A stretch of 64,000 bases of DNA from Antedon mediterranea (taxonomy: Eukaryota > Animalia > Echinodermata): contig NC_092670.1 of NCBI RefSeq assembly GCF_964355755.1, positions 6,996,201 to 7,060,200 of the forward strand, given 5' to 3'. The position numbers were made by a program, and so were the translations under genes. Shown piece after piece: positions 1-11,400 of the stretch (within the stretch, counting starts at the first letter, position 1; every line of letters begins with the position of its first letter). The notes under the pieces were generated by a model that had not been told where the DNA came from, ran no database searches, and saw nothing but the letters and a program-made list of their open reading frames with translations.

Positions 1-600
1 ATAGCACGATACTTGGCCAAATCAAAATTGGCCTCCTGACATTCACCCAATTTGCACCAAAAGTGTGTGTCTTATGCTGTGTGATTTAGGCTAATTTCAC
101 TACAATCATGTGTATACGAGTTTGGTGTACAGGTTATGTAACCAGCCTTTCAACGAACAATAGCTTCAGTCGGCTAACAATAGAACAGCAACGCGAAAAA
201 CACACGGGTGAATTTGAAAAGAAATAGGTTTTGTAAACTACTCGCATCAAAAAACCTCTATATTAAATCTAATTCAGTTTTAAAATTACAAATCACAAAT
301 TATAACTCTTGCCTCTTGTACAAAAATGAAGTTTTTTGGACAAGTAGTTCTCGAGAAAATGCAATTTTAGTTTACTTGTTAATTTAAGACTGCTCACCGG
401 CTTTTTATAATTCTGTCCTATCTTTTAACACTAGCAGGTCTGAACATAATTTTTAAAAGTGGCCCAGAATTAGAACCGTGGTCCGGATTTTAACCAAAAT
501 TAGGCGGTGTCTTCCTTGCACCAGGTGACATGTCTGGTATTAATTTGGAGTCATTCGAATCAAAACTGTGAGCGCTAGAGTGATGACAAACAAACAAACA

Positions 601-631
<31 letters not shown>

Positions 632-3465
632 CCACACACACACACACACACACAAACCGCACCAATCAACATACTTGGCCAATTTTCAATTTGGCCAAGT
701 AACTAGCCTTCGCGCATAGCGCGATACTTGGCCAAATCAAATGTGGCCTCCTAAACACACTTGACCTTGACCGATTTTAACCCGATCAAAGTTCAGTATA
801 TGTCATAAACCTCCCATGTAACATGAAAATAGAGACATAATTTCTCTAGATTTAATTATAAATCAGCCGTATAGGCCTAATTTATATACTAAGAATATAT
901 ACTTGAACAAACAATAAAAAAAAATCTGATTTCGTTTCATTTCCCAAGGTGAGACTCGATCTCGGTAACTTAAATGCTGTAGACACCAGCACAGACCACC
1001 GAGCCATACACAACTGACTAACATTTGAAGAAAGATTCCTCTGTGTATTTACCATTGTGAGCGATAGAGCGATGACAAACACACACACAAACCGAACAAT
1101 AGAACAGCAACGCGAAAAACACACTGGTGAATTTGAAGAGAAATAGGTTTTGTAAAGTACTCGCATCAAAAAACCTGTATATTAAATCAATTTATGTTTT
1201 AAAATTACAAATCACCAATTATAACTCTTGGCTCTTGTACAAAAATGAAGTTTTTTGGAGAAGTAGTTCTCGAGAAAATGCAATTTTAGTTTACTTGTTA
1301 ATGTAAGACTGCTCACCGGCCTTTGATAATTCTGTCCTTTCTTTTAACACTAGCAGGTCTGAAAGTAATTTTTAAAAGTGGTCCAGAATTGGGACCGTGG
1401 TCCGGATTTTAACCAAAATTGGGCAGTGTCGTCCTTGCACCAGGTGACATGTATGGTAGAAATTTGGAGTCATTCGAACCAAAACTGTGAGCGCTAGAGT
1501 GATGACAAACAAACAAACAAACTAGCCTTCGCGCATAGCGCGATACTTGGCCAAATCAAAATTGGCCTCCTGACATTGACCCAATTTGCACCAAAAGTGT
1601 GTGTCTTATGCTGTGTGATTTAGGCTAATTTCACTACTATCATGTGTATACGAGTTTGGTGTACAGGTTATGTAACCAGCCTTTCAACGAACAATAGCTT
1701 CAGTCGGCTAACAATAAACAGCAACGCGAAAAACACACTGGTGAATTTGAAGAGAAATAGGTTTTGTAAACTACTCGCATCAAAAAACCTGTATATTAAA
1801 TCAATTTATGTTTTAAAATTACAAATCACCAATTATAACTCTTGCCTCTTGTACAAAAATGAAGTTTTTTGGACAAGTAGTTCCCGAGAAAATGCAATTT
1901 AAGTTTACTTGTTAATTTAAGACTGCTCACCGGCTTTTTATAATTCTGTCCTATCTTTTAACACTAGCAGGTCTGAAAATAATTTTTAAAAGTGGCCCAG
2001 AATTGGAACCGTGGTCCGGATTTTAACCAAAATTGGGCGGTTTCTTCCTTGTACCAGGTGACATGTATGGTAGTAATTTGGAGTCATTCGAACCAAAACT
2101 GTGAGCGCTAGAGTGATGACAAACAAACAAACACACACACAAACCAAACAGATCAACATACTTGGCCGATTTTCAATTTGGCCAAGTAACAAACATACAA
2201 ACTAGCCTTCGCGCATAGCGCGATACTTGGCCAAATCAAAATTGGCCTCATCAAAATTGGCCTCCTAAACACACTTGACCCGATTTTCACCAAAAGTGTG
2301 TGTCTTAATGCTGTGTGATTTAGGCTAATTTTACTACAATCCTGTGTATACAAGTTTAGTGTACAGGTTATGTAACCAGCCTTTCAACGAACAATAGCTT
2401 CAGTCGGCTAACAATAGAACAGCAACGCGAAAAACACACGGGTGAATTTGAAAAGAAAAAATAGGTTTTGTAAACTACTCGCATCAAAAAACCTCTATAT
2501 TAAATCTAATTAAGTTTTAAAATTACAAATCACAAATTATAACTCTTGCCTCTTGTACAAAAATGGAGTTTTTTGGACAAGTAGTTCTCGAGAAAATGCA
2601 ATTTTAGTTTACTTGTTAATTTAAGACTGCTCACCGGATTTTGATAATTCTGTCCTATCTTTTAACACTAGCAGGTCTGAAAGTAATTTTTAAAAGTGGT
2701 CCAGAATTGGGACCGTGGTCCGGATTGTAACCAAAATTGGACAGTATCGTCCTTGCACCAGGTGACATGTATGGTAGTAATTTGGAGTCATTCGAATCTA
2801 AACTGTGAGCTCTAGAGTGATGACAAACAAACAAACAAACAAACAAACTAGCCTTCGCGCATAGCGCGATACTTGGCTAAATCAAAATTGGCCTCCTAAC
2901 ATTGACCCAATTTGCACCAAAAGTGTGTGTCTTTTGCTGTGTGATTTAGGCTAATTTCACTACTATCATGTGTATACGAGTTTGGTGTACAGGTTATGTA
3001 ACCAGCCTTTCAACGAACAATAGCTTTAGTCGGCTAACAATAGAACAGCACGCGGAAAAAACACACGGGTGAATTTGAAAAGAAATAGGTTTTGTAAACT
3101 ACTCGCATCAAAAAACCTGTACATTAAATCTAATTATGTTTTAAAATTACAAATCACTAATTATAACACTTGCCTCTTGTACAAAAATGAAGTTTTTTGG
3201 ACAAGTAGTTTTCGAGAAAATGCAATTTTAGTTTACTTGTTAATTTAAGACTGCTCACCGGCTTTTGATAATTCTGTCCTATCTTTTACCACTAGCAGGT
3301 CTGAAAATAATTTTTAAAAGTGGTCCAGAATTGGGACCGTGGTCCAGATTTTAACCAAAGTTGGGCAGTGTCGTCCTTGCACCAGGTGACATGTATGGTA
3401 GTAATTTGGAGTCATTCGGGTCAAAACTGTGAGCGCTAGAGTGATGACAAACAAACAAACACACA

Positions 3466-3506
<41 letters not shown>

Positions 3507-4441
3507 CGCACCAATCAACATACTTGGCCAATTTTCAATTTGGCCAAGTAAATTTGGCGAAGTAACAAACAAACTAGCCTTCGCGCATAGCGCGATACTT
3601 GGCCAAATCAAAATTGGCCTCCTGACATTGATCCTATTTTCACCAAAAGTATGTGTCTTATGCTGTGTGATTTAGGCTAATTTCACTACAATCATGTGTA
3701 TACGAGTTTGGTGTAAAGGTTATGTAACAAGCCTTTCAACGAACAATAGCTTCAGTCGGCTAACAATAGAACACCAACGCTAAAAACACACGGGTGAATT
3801 TGAAAAGAAATAGGTTTTGTAAACTACTCGCATCAAAAACCCTCTATATTAAATCTAATTCAGTTTAAAAATTACAAATCACAAATTATAAATCTTGCCT
3901 CTTGTACAAAAATGAAGTTTTTTGGACAAGTAGTTCCCGAGAAAATGCAATTTAAGTTTACTTGTTAATTTAAGACTGCTCACCGGCTTTTTATAATTCT
4001 GTCCTATCTTTTAACACTAGCAGGTCTGAAAATAATTTTTAAAAGTGGCCCAGAATTGGAACCGTGGTCCGGATTTTAACCAAAATTGGGCGGTGTCTTC
4101 CTTGCACCAGGTGACATGTATGGTTGTAATTTGGAGTCATTCGAACCAAAACTGTGAGCGCTAGAGTGATGACAAACAAACAAACACACACACAAACCAA
4201 ACAGATCAACATACTTGGCCAATTTTCAATTTGGCCAAGTAACAAACAAACACACAAACCAAACAGATCAACATACTTGGCCAATTTTCAATTTGGCCAA
4301 GTAACAAACACACACACACACACACACACACACAAACCGCACCAATCAACATACTTGGCCAATTTTCAATTTGGCCAAGTAACAAACAAACAAACACACC
4401 CCCAAACCAAACAGATCAACATACTTGGCCAATTTTCAATT
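1..4441 (-). mobile_element. Array 1a of non-autonomous Helentron-type (HINE/DINE-1-like) elements, family 1; units of about 0.6-0.9 kb
   Basis: On + each unit starts CTAGCCTTCGCGCATAGCGCGA (hairpin) plus subTIR TACTTGGCCAAA. It then has a conserved core and a (CAAA)n/(CA)n microsatellite. The other end is the stem-loop TACTTGGCCAATTTTCAATTTGGCCAAGTAA. On the - strand this is the established HINE layout: TT-subTIR/IR, microsatellite, core, subTIR, hairpin, CTAG. Confidence 0.85.
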
Positions 4442-4455
4442 GTCTTTAATTTAAT

Positions 4456-5346
4456 TTAATTAGTCTTTAATTGATTAATCCCCAACATACTACATATAGA
4501 TTGCATAATTGAAGACATGAAATTAGTTCCTTGATCATGTACAATCTCTTCGGGTAATCCTACTCTAGTAAAGACTTCTATTAGAGCCCTGGCTACTGTT
4601 TCAGCTCTAACATTGGGTAACGGGATAGCATCCGGATATCTCGTAGCATAGTCAATTATAGTAAGCATATATTTGTTATTACGGCTTGTTCTAGATAAGG
4701 GTCCAACAATGTCTATCGCTATACGTTTAAATGGTGTACTTATAATCGGTAATGGTATCAAAGTATGTTTCCTTTTACTTTTACCCTTATCTACCTTTTG
4801 GCATTCCTTACAGACTTTACAATAGACTACCACATCTTTAAATATACCTGGCCAATAGAATTGGTTCAGGACCCTACTTTTAGTTTTCTCAACACCCATG
4901 TGACCTGCAAATGGCACATTATGACCTAAGTGTAATACACCCTGTCTACACTGAGTGGGTAATACAATCTGTTCCACTTGGTTATTCTTATCTTTAATAC
5001 TACTCCAATTTCTCATCAATATACCTTGTCTCATAAAGAAACATACCCTATGCTGACCTATTTCTTCCATAGGGACTACCCTGTCAAACACTCCTTTGAG
5101 TGAGTCATCCTTAGTTTGCAATTTGATCAGTTCTTGTTTAGTTAGGTTCAGCTTGTGCTGTTGTTCATAAGTTTTATGTTTGACTGTTTTATCTTTAGCT
5201 TTATCCTCATTTTCGTCAAACAAATTATTCATTTCTGTTCCATTCATATCATCTAAACACTTAGTTTTATTTACTTTGTTGTCATTTACTACTGTTTTCA
5301 ACAATTGTACATTAGTTTCTTTAAGCGGCTCTTCTACTGTATCGGC
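4456..5346 (-). CDS. Gypsy integrase (HHCC zinc domain plus N-terminal rve core), C-terminally truncated
   Basis: GHNVPFAGHMG...CKVCKEC, IAIDIVGPL, IDYATRYPDAIPL and IVHDQGTNF. The frame is open up to 5346 and is -1 relative to gag-PR. It breaks off before the catalytic E. Confidence 0.88.
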   Translation of the reverse strand, partial: ADTVEEPLKETNVQLLKTVVNDNKVNKTKCLDDMNGTEMNNLFDENEDKAKDKTVKHKTYEQQHKLNLTKQELIKLQTKDDSLKGVFDRVVPMEEIGQHRVCFFMRQGILMRNWSSIKDKNNQVEQIVLPTQCRQGVLHLGHNVPFAGHMGVEKTKSRVLNQFYWPGIFKDVVVYCKVCKECQKVDKGKSKRKHTLIPLPIISTPFKRIAIDIVGPLSRTSRNNKYMLTIIDYATRYPDAIPLPNVRAETVARALIEVFTRVGLPEEIVHDQGTNFMSSIMQSICSMLGINQLKTN

Positions 5347-6989
5347 TTAAAGTTACTATCTTTCCCTAACAATATCATTTCGTCTTGTATTCTAACATCA
5401 TTTTCTATTCTGGCTTGCTCCCTAGTTAGGACGAACATTTCTTTAGCCATTGTTTCCCCACAATTCTGGTGCAAATCATGACCCAATAACATGTCCCTCT
5501 GTAATCCTTCGATTACGGCTACAATCACTTTTCCTGTCACTATCTTACTTTCTATAGTTACCTCAGCTAAGGGGACGGTAATATCGCCTCCTATACCTCT
5601 TAACGTAACCCATTTTCCTGGCAAGTAACATTTGTTAGGCACTAGACTTTCTTTAACAGCTGACTGGGTACATCCCGAGTCTCTAAGCATAGTTATATCC
5701 TGTCCTTCTAATTTTCCTGGTATTGTACACTTCTCCATTTTATTTTCTACACTATCCATAACTACTTGGGGTCTATCTGGTTTCATTCCTTCACATCTTA
5801 AGCCATCTTTCACATTCGGGCCCTTCTTAGTGTCACTAGTCTTTCCTTTTGCTACCATCTTAGGACAATCCCCTATTTTATGTCCCTTCTCCTTACAATT
5901 GAAGCATAGGCCATTAATCCATTCATTTGAAGGTTCTCTCTGTTGGAAATTTCTACCATAGTTATGGAATTTGCCTCCCCTTCCGCGATACCTATTGTAT
6001 CCTTGCTGCCTAGCTCCAGGGTTATTCTGAGTCGTACTATTCTTAGGTTTACTATTTTCTTGGCCCTTATAATACGTAGGCTTATTTTCAGAATTTACGG
6101 CATTCCAATAGCCACGGCCACCTCTATTAGCTATATAATCATCGGCTATCATAGCCATATCATAGCTCTTATTTACTTGTTTATCTCTAAGATAAAGCCT
6201 CAGATCTTCAGGCATTTTATCAAGTGCCTGTTCCATTATAATCATTTCAATAATGCCTGCAGCATCATCGTCTTTTACATTAGCACATTTCATCCAACAT
6301 TTTAAATAATGGGAGAGCTCATTCAGCCATTCCCTGATGGACATATCTTTAACTCTGTTTGAATTTCTAAATTTAAATCTGTAGGTCTCTGCGGACACAT
6401 CATACTTTTCTAAGATTGCCTTCTTTAAGGTATCATAATCTACACATTCTTTTACGGTTAAGGATGCATATGCTGTCCTAGCTTTACCAGACAGTTCAGG
6501 TGCTAACCTAGCGGACCACGTATTCTTATCCCAACCTGTGGCTTCTGCCAAGTGTTCAAATGCTCTAAAATATATATCAATATCATCTGATTCCTTCAAA
6601 GTAGGAACCTTTACCTTCATTTCATCTACTATATTCCTAGCATTACTGTAGCTAGACCTATTTTCTAATTCCATCATTTTCACTCTTTCTTGTGATTCAA
6701 TTTTTCTTAGCTCTATATCTGCTTTCTTTTGCTCTATATCTGCTTCTAATCTTAATTGGTCTTGCTGGTATTCTAACTTTTTGTTTTCGGCCTCGAACTT
6801 CATTCGAAAATATTCGAGCATCATATCTTTAGGCATACCGCCGGGTATTTCGGGCAAATCAATATCCCTAGCCATTTTATCATATATTTCATTGACTTGG
6901 TCAACCTCTTCTTGGTCAACCATATCTTCCCTAGTATCTTTGTCTGACATAGTCTTATCTATATTTTTACCCGATCTTAAAGTTGTCAT
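5334..6989 (-). CDS. Gypsy Gag (SCAN-like capsid region, CCHC zinc knuckle) plus aspartic protease
   Basis: 551-aa ORF with YFRAFEHLA..W..W, LKKAILEKY..YRFKFR, CFNCKEKGHKIGDC and protease motif LRDSGC...DMLLGHD. Confidence 0.9.
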   Translation of the reverse strand: MTTLRSGKNIDKTMSDKDTREDMVDQEEVDQVNEIYDKMARDIDLPEIPGGMPKDMMLEYFRMKFEAENKKLEYQQDQLRLEADIEQKKADIELRKIESQERVKMMELENRSSYSNARNIVDEMKVKVPTLKESDDIDIYFRAFEHLAEATGWDKNTWSARLAPELSGKARTAYASLTVKECVDYDTLKKAILEKYDVSAETYRFKFRNSNRVKDMSIREWLNELSHYLKCWMKCANVKDDDAAGIIEMIIMEQALDKMPEDLRLYLRDKQVNKSYDMAMIADDYIANRGGRGYWNAVNSENKPTYYKGQENSKPKNSTTQNNPGARQQGYNRYRGRGGKFHNYGRNFQQREPSNEWINGLCFNCKEKGHKIGDCPKMVAKGKTSDTKKGPNVKDGLRCEGMKPDRPQVVMDSVENKMEKCTIPGKLEGQDITMLRDSGCTQSAVKESLVPNKCYLPGKWVTLRGIGGDITVPLAEVTIESKIVTGKVIVAVIEGLQRDMLLGHDLHQNCGETMAKEMFVLTREQARIENDVRIQDEMILLGKDSNFKPIQ

Positions 6990-7510
6990 GCTAATAACAA
7001 TTTTACTAATGAAATATGTAAACTTATGTATACAAAATATGTTATAAAAGTATTTGTATTACCTTGATTCCATTCAGATATGTAAAAATATGAAATCCAC
7101 ATAAATTTTTTAATGCAATACAATCTAAGACATTAATTTACTTCAAAGTCACAAACAACGTTCCAAGTTCGCTCCGTACAAAAATTAATTTTCGAAATAA
7201 AAAATAGTTTACAAAGTCAGCTATGCAAATCTTCTCAAAATTTTCTGGGCTTCCTTCTGTTACTTCAGTCTTCTTCTTTCAGACCTCGGTGAATATATAC
7301 AGTATCTCCGATGAATATCCAGCAGTCTTGAGCTCAACAGTACTTCTTCTTCGTTGTAATATCCAAACAACGCACGGTATAAAAACTGTCAGGAATCCAG
7401 ATCTTCGTAACCATTTAACTTTTTGGTTACTGATTTAACAGGCCCGTAGAGTAGGCACTGTCACTTCTTCTTCTTCTTCTTGATACTTAAATCATGTAAA
7501 CAAAAATTTT

Positions 7511-7524
7511 CACCGCTGCCACCA
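7511..7524 (-). promoter_or_regulatory. Primer binding site complementary to the tRNA-Leu (AAG/UAG-type) 3' end
   Basis: The - strand reads TGGTGGCAGCGGTG, the complement of the conserved metazoan tRNA-Leu end CACCGCUGCCA-CCA, and abuts the LTR. Confidence 0.8.
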
Positions 7525-7927
7525 TGTAGTGAATTTATCTTAGTTGGTTCCGAGCTTTCTCAGGCGTATATATTTCCACGCGACGTACGCTGCTGTCACT
7601 GAATGATAACTCATACAAAAAGTATATTTAACTCAACTAGAACTTTTATTCCTTGTAATTCGATTAATACATCTTTCTACCACTACCAGTCAAGCCTTAA
7701 TATTTTCTTTATCATCTTTCCGTTTATCTACTCTGATCTTATTCTCTCTTCTCTCTTAATATCTATTACATTCCACTTTTATACTGGATATGCAAATTTT
7801 CGGCTTCAGAAGAGGATAACGTTGTCCCTCCAAAAATTATACGATTTTGATTGGCTAATAATATAAGGCGGACCTGGTCTAAAGCATCCTTCTCTAAACA
7901 CAGAGAATCACAACATTTAATATGACA
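7525..7927 (-). repeat. 5' LTR of the Gypsy element (about 403 bp)
   Basis: The - strand starts TGTCATA at 7927 and ends ACTACA at 7525 (TG...CA), directly followed by the PBS. Confidence 0.85.
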
Positions 7928-8426
7928 CATGTGTATACGAGTTTGGTGTACAGGTTATGTAACCAGCATTTCAACGAACAATAGCTTCACTCGACTAACA
8001 ATAGAACAGCACGCGAAAAAAACACACGGGTGAATTTGAAAAGAAATATGTTTTGTAAACTACTCGCATCAAAAAACCTGTATATTAAATCAATTTATGT
8101 TTTAAAATTACAAATCACAAATTATAACTCTTGCCTCTTGTACAAAAATGAAGTTTTTTGGACAAGTAGTTTTCGAGAAAATGCAATTTTAGTTTACTTG
8201 TTAATTTAAGACTGCTCACCGGCTTTTGATAATTCTGTCCTATCTTTTACCACTAGCAGGTCTGAAAATAATTTTTAAAAGTGGTCCAGAATTGGGACCG
8301 TGGTCCAGATTTTAACCAAAGTTGGGCAGTGTCGTCCTTGCACCAGGTGACATGTATGGTAGTAATTTGGAGTCATTCGGGTCAAAACTGTGAGCGCTAG
8401 AGTGATGACAAACAAACAAACACACA

Positions 8427-8467
<41 letters not shown>

Positions 8468-11400
8468 CGCACCAATCAACATACTTGGCCAATTTTCAAT
8501 TTGGCCAAGTAAATTTGGCGAAGTAACAAACAAACTAGCCTTCGCGCATAGCGCGATACTTGGCCAAATCAAAATTGGCCTCCTGACATTGATCCTATTT
8601 TCACCAAAAGTATGTGTCTTATGCTGTGTGATTTAGGCTAATTTCACTACAATCATGTGTATACGAGTTTGGTGTAAAGGTTATGTAACAAGCCTTTCAA
8701 CGAACAATAGCTTCAGTCGGCTAACAATAGAACACCAACGCTAAAAACACACGGGTGAATTTGAAAAGAAATAGGTTTTGTAAACTACTCGCATCAAAAA
8801 CCCTCTATATTAAATCTAATTCAGTTTAAAAATTACAAATCACAAATTATAAATCTTGCCTCTTGTACAAAAATGAAGTTTTTTGGACAAGTAGTTCCCG
8901 AGAAAATGCAATTTAAGTTTACTTGTTAATTTAAGACTGCTCACCGGCTTTTTATAATTCTGTCCTATCTTTTAACACTAGCAGGTCTGAAAATAATTTT
9001 TAAAAGTGGCCCAGAATTGGAACCGTGGTCCGGATTTTAACCAAAATTGGGCAGTGTCGTCCTTGCACCAGGTGACATGTATGGTAGAAATTTGGAGTCA
9101 TTCGAACCAAAACTGTGAGCGCTAGAGTGATGACAAACAAACAAACAAACTAGCCTTCGCGCATAGCGCGATACTTGGCCAAATCAAAATTGGCCTCCTG
9201 ACATTGACCCAATTTGCACCAAAAGTGTGTGTCTTATGCTGTGTGATTTAGGCTAATTTCACTACTATCATGTGTATACGAGTTTGGTGTACAGGTTATG
9301 TAACCAGCCTTTCAACGAACAATAGCTTCAGTCGGCTAACAATAAACAGCAACGCGAAAAACACACTGGTGAATTTGAAGAGAAATAGGTTTTGTAAACT
9401 ACTCGCATCAAAAAACCTGTATATTAAATCAATTTATGTTTTAAAATTACAAATCACCAATTATAACTCTTGCCTCTTGTACAAAAATGAAGTTTTTTGG
9501 ACAAGTAGTTCCCGAGAAAATGCAATTTAAGTTTACTTGTTAATTTAAGACTGCTCACCGGCTTTTTATAATTCTGTCCTATCTTTTAACACTAGCAGGT
9601 CTGAAAATAATTTTTAAAAGTGGCCCAGAATTGGAACCGTGGTCCGGATTTTAACCAAAATTGGGCGGTGTCTTCCTTGTACCAGGTGACATGTATGGTA
9701 GTAATTTGGAGTCATTCGAACCAAAACTGTGAGCGCTAGAGTGATGACAAACAAACAAACACACACACAAACCAAACAGATCAACATACTTGGCCAATTT
9801 TCAATTTGGCCAAGTAACAAACACACACACAAACCAAACAGATCAACATACTTGGCCAATTTTCAATTTGGCCAAGTAACAAACAAACACACACACAAAC
9901 CGCACCAATCAACATACTTGGCCAATTTTCAATTTGGCCAAGTAACAAACAAACTAGCCTTCGCGCATAGCGCGATACTTGGCCAAATCAAAATTGGCCT
10001 CCTAAACAAACTTGACCTTGACCGATATTAACCCGATCAAAGTTCAGTATATGTCATAAACCTCCCATGTAACATGAAAATAGAGACATAATTTCTGTAG
10101 ATTTAATTATGAATCAGCCGTATAATTTATATACTAAGAAATATACTTGAACAAACAATAAAAAAAAATCTGATTTCGTTTCATTTCCCAAGGTGAGACT
10201 CGATCTCGGTAACTTAAATGCTGTAGACACCAGCACAGACCACCGAGCCATACACAACTGACTAACATTTGAAGAAAGATTCCTCTGTGTATTTACCATT
10301 GTGAGCGATAGAGCGATGACAAACACACACACAAACCGAACCGAACAATAGAACAGCACGCGGAAAAAACACACGGGTGAATTTGAAAAGAAATAGGTTT
10401 TGTAAACTACTCGCATCCAAAAACCTGTATATTAAATCAATTTATGTTTTAAAATTACAAATCACAAATTATAACTCTTGCCTCTTGTACAACAATGAAG
10501 TTTTTTGGACAAGTAGTTCCCGAGAAAATGCAATTTTAGTTTACATGTTAATTTAAGACTGCTCACCGGCTTTTTATAATTCTGTCCTATCTTTTAACAC
10601 TAGCAGGTCTGAAAATAATTTTTAAAAGTGGCCCAGAATTGGAACCGTGGTCCAGATTTTAACCAAAATTGGGCAGTGTCGTCCTTGCACCAGGTGACAT
10701 GTATGGTAGTAATTTGGAGTCATTCGAACCAAAACTGTGAGCGCTAGAGTGATGACAAACAAACAAACACACACACAAACCAAACAGATCAACATACTTG
10801 GCCAATTTTCAATTTGGCCAAGTAACAAACAAACAAACAAACTAGCCTTCGCGCATAGCGCGATACTTGGCCAAATCAAAATTGGCCTCCTGACATTGAC
10901 CCAATTTTCACCAAAAGTGTATGTCTTATGGTGTGTGATTTAAGCTAATTATACTACAATCCTGTGTATACGAGTTAGGTGTACAGGTTATGTAACCAGC
11001 CTTTCAACGAACAATAGCTTCAGTCGGCTAACAATAGAACAGCAACGCGAAAAACACACGGGTGAATTTGAAAAGAAATAGATTTTGTAAACTACTCGCA
11101 TCAAAAAACCTCTACATTAAATCTAATTAAGTATTAAAATTACAAATCACAAATTATAACTCTTGCCTCTTGTACAAAAATGAAGTTTTTTGGACTAGTA
11201 GTTCTCGAGAAAATGTAATTTAAGTTTACTTGTTAATTTAAGACTGCTCACCGGCTTTTGATAATTCTGTCCTATCTTTTAACACTAGCAGGTCTGAAAA
11301 TAATTTTTAAAAGTGGCCCAGAATTGGAACCGTGGTCCAGATTTTAACCAAAATTGGGCGGTGTCGTCCTTTCACCAGGTGACATGTATGGTATTAATTT

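Larger units (their letters stand above)
4442..7927 (-). mobile_element. 3'-truncated Ty3/Gypsy LTR retrotransposon with Gmr1-like domain order (gag-protease-integrase; RT, RNase H and 3' LTR missing)
   Basis: LTR, PBS, gag-PR ORF and integrase ORF lie in series on the - strand. HINE sequence resumes at 7928 (CATGTGTATACGAG) and at 4441. Confidence 0.9.

Noticed and set aside
5334-5336. Stop-codon readthrough between gag-PR and integrase
   Set aside because: The integrase ORF is in a different frame (-1), so readthrough of this TAG would not reach it.
5632-7047. + strand ORFs overlapping gag
   Set aside because: Antisense shadows of the gag-protease ORF with no recognisable motifs.
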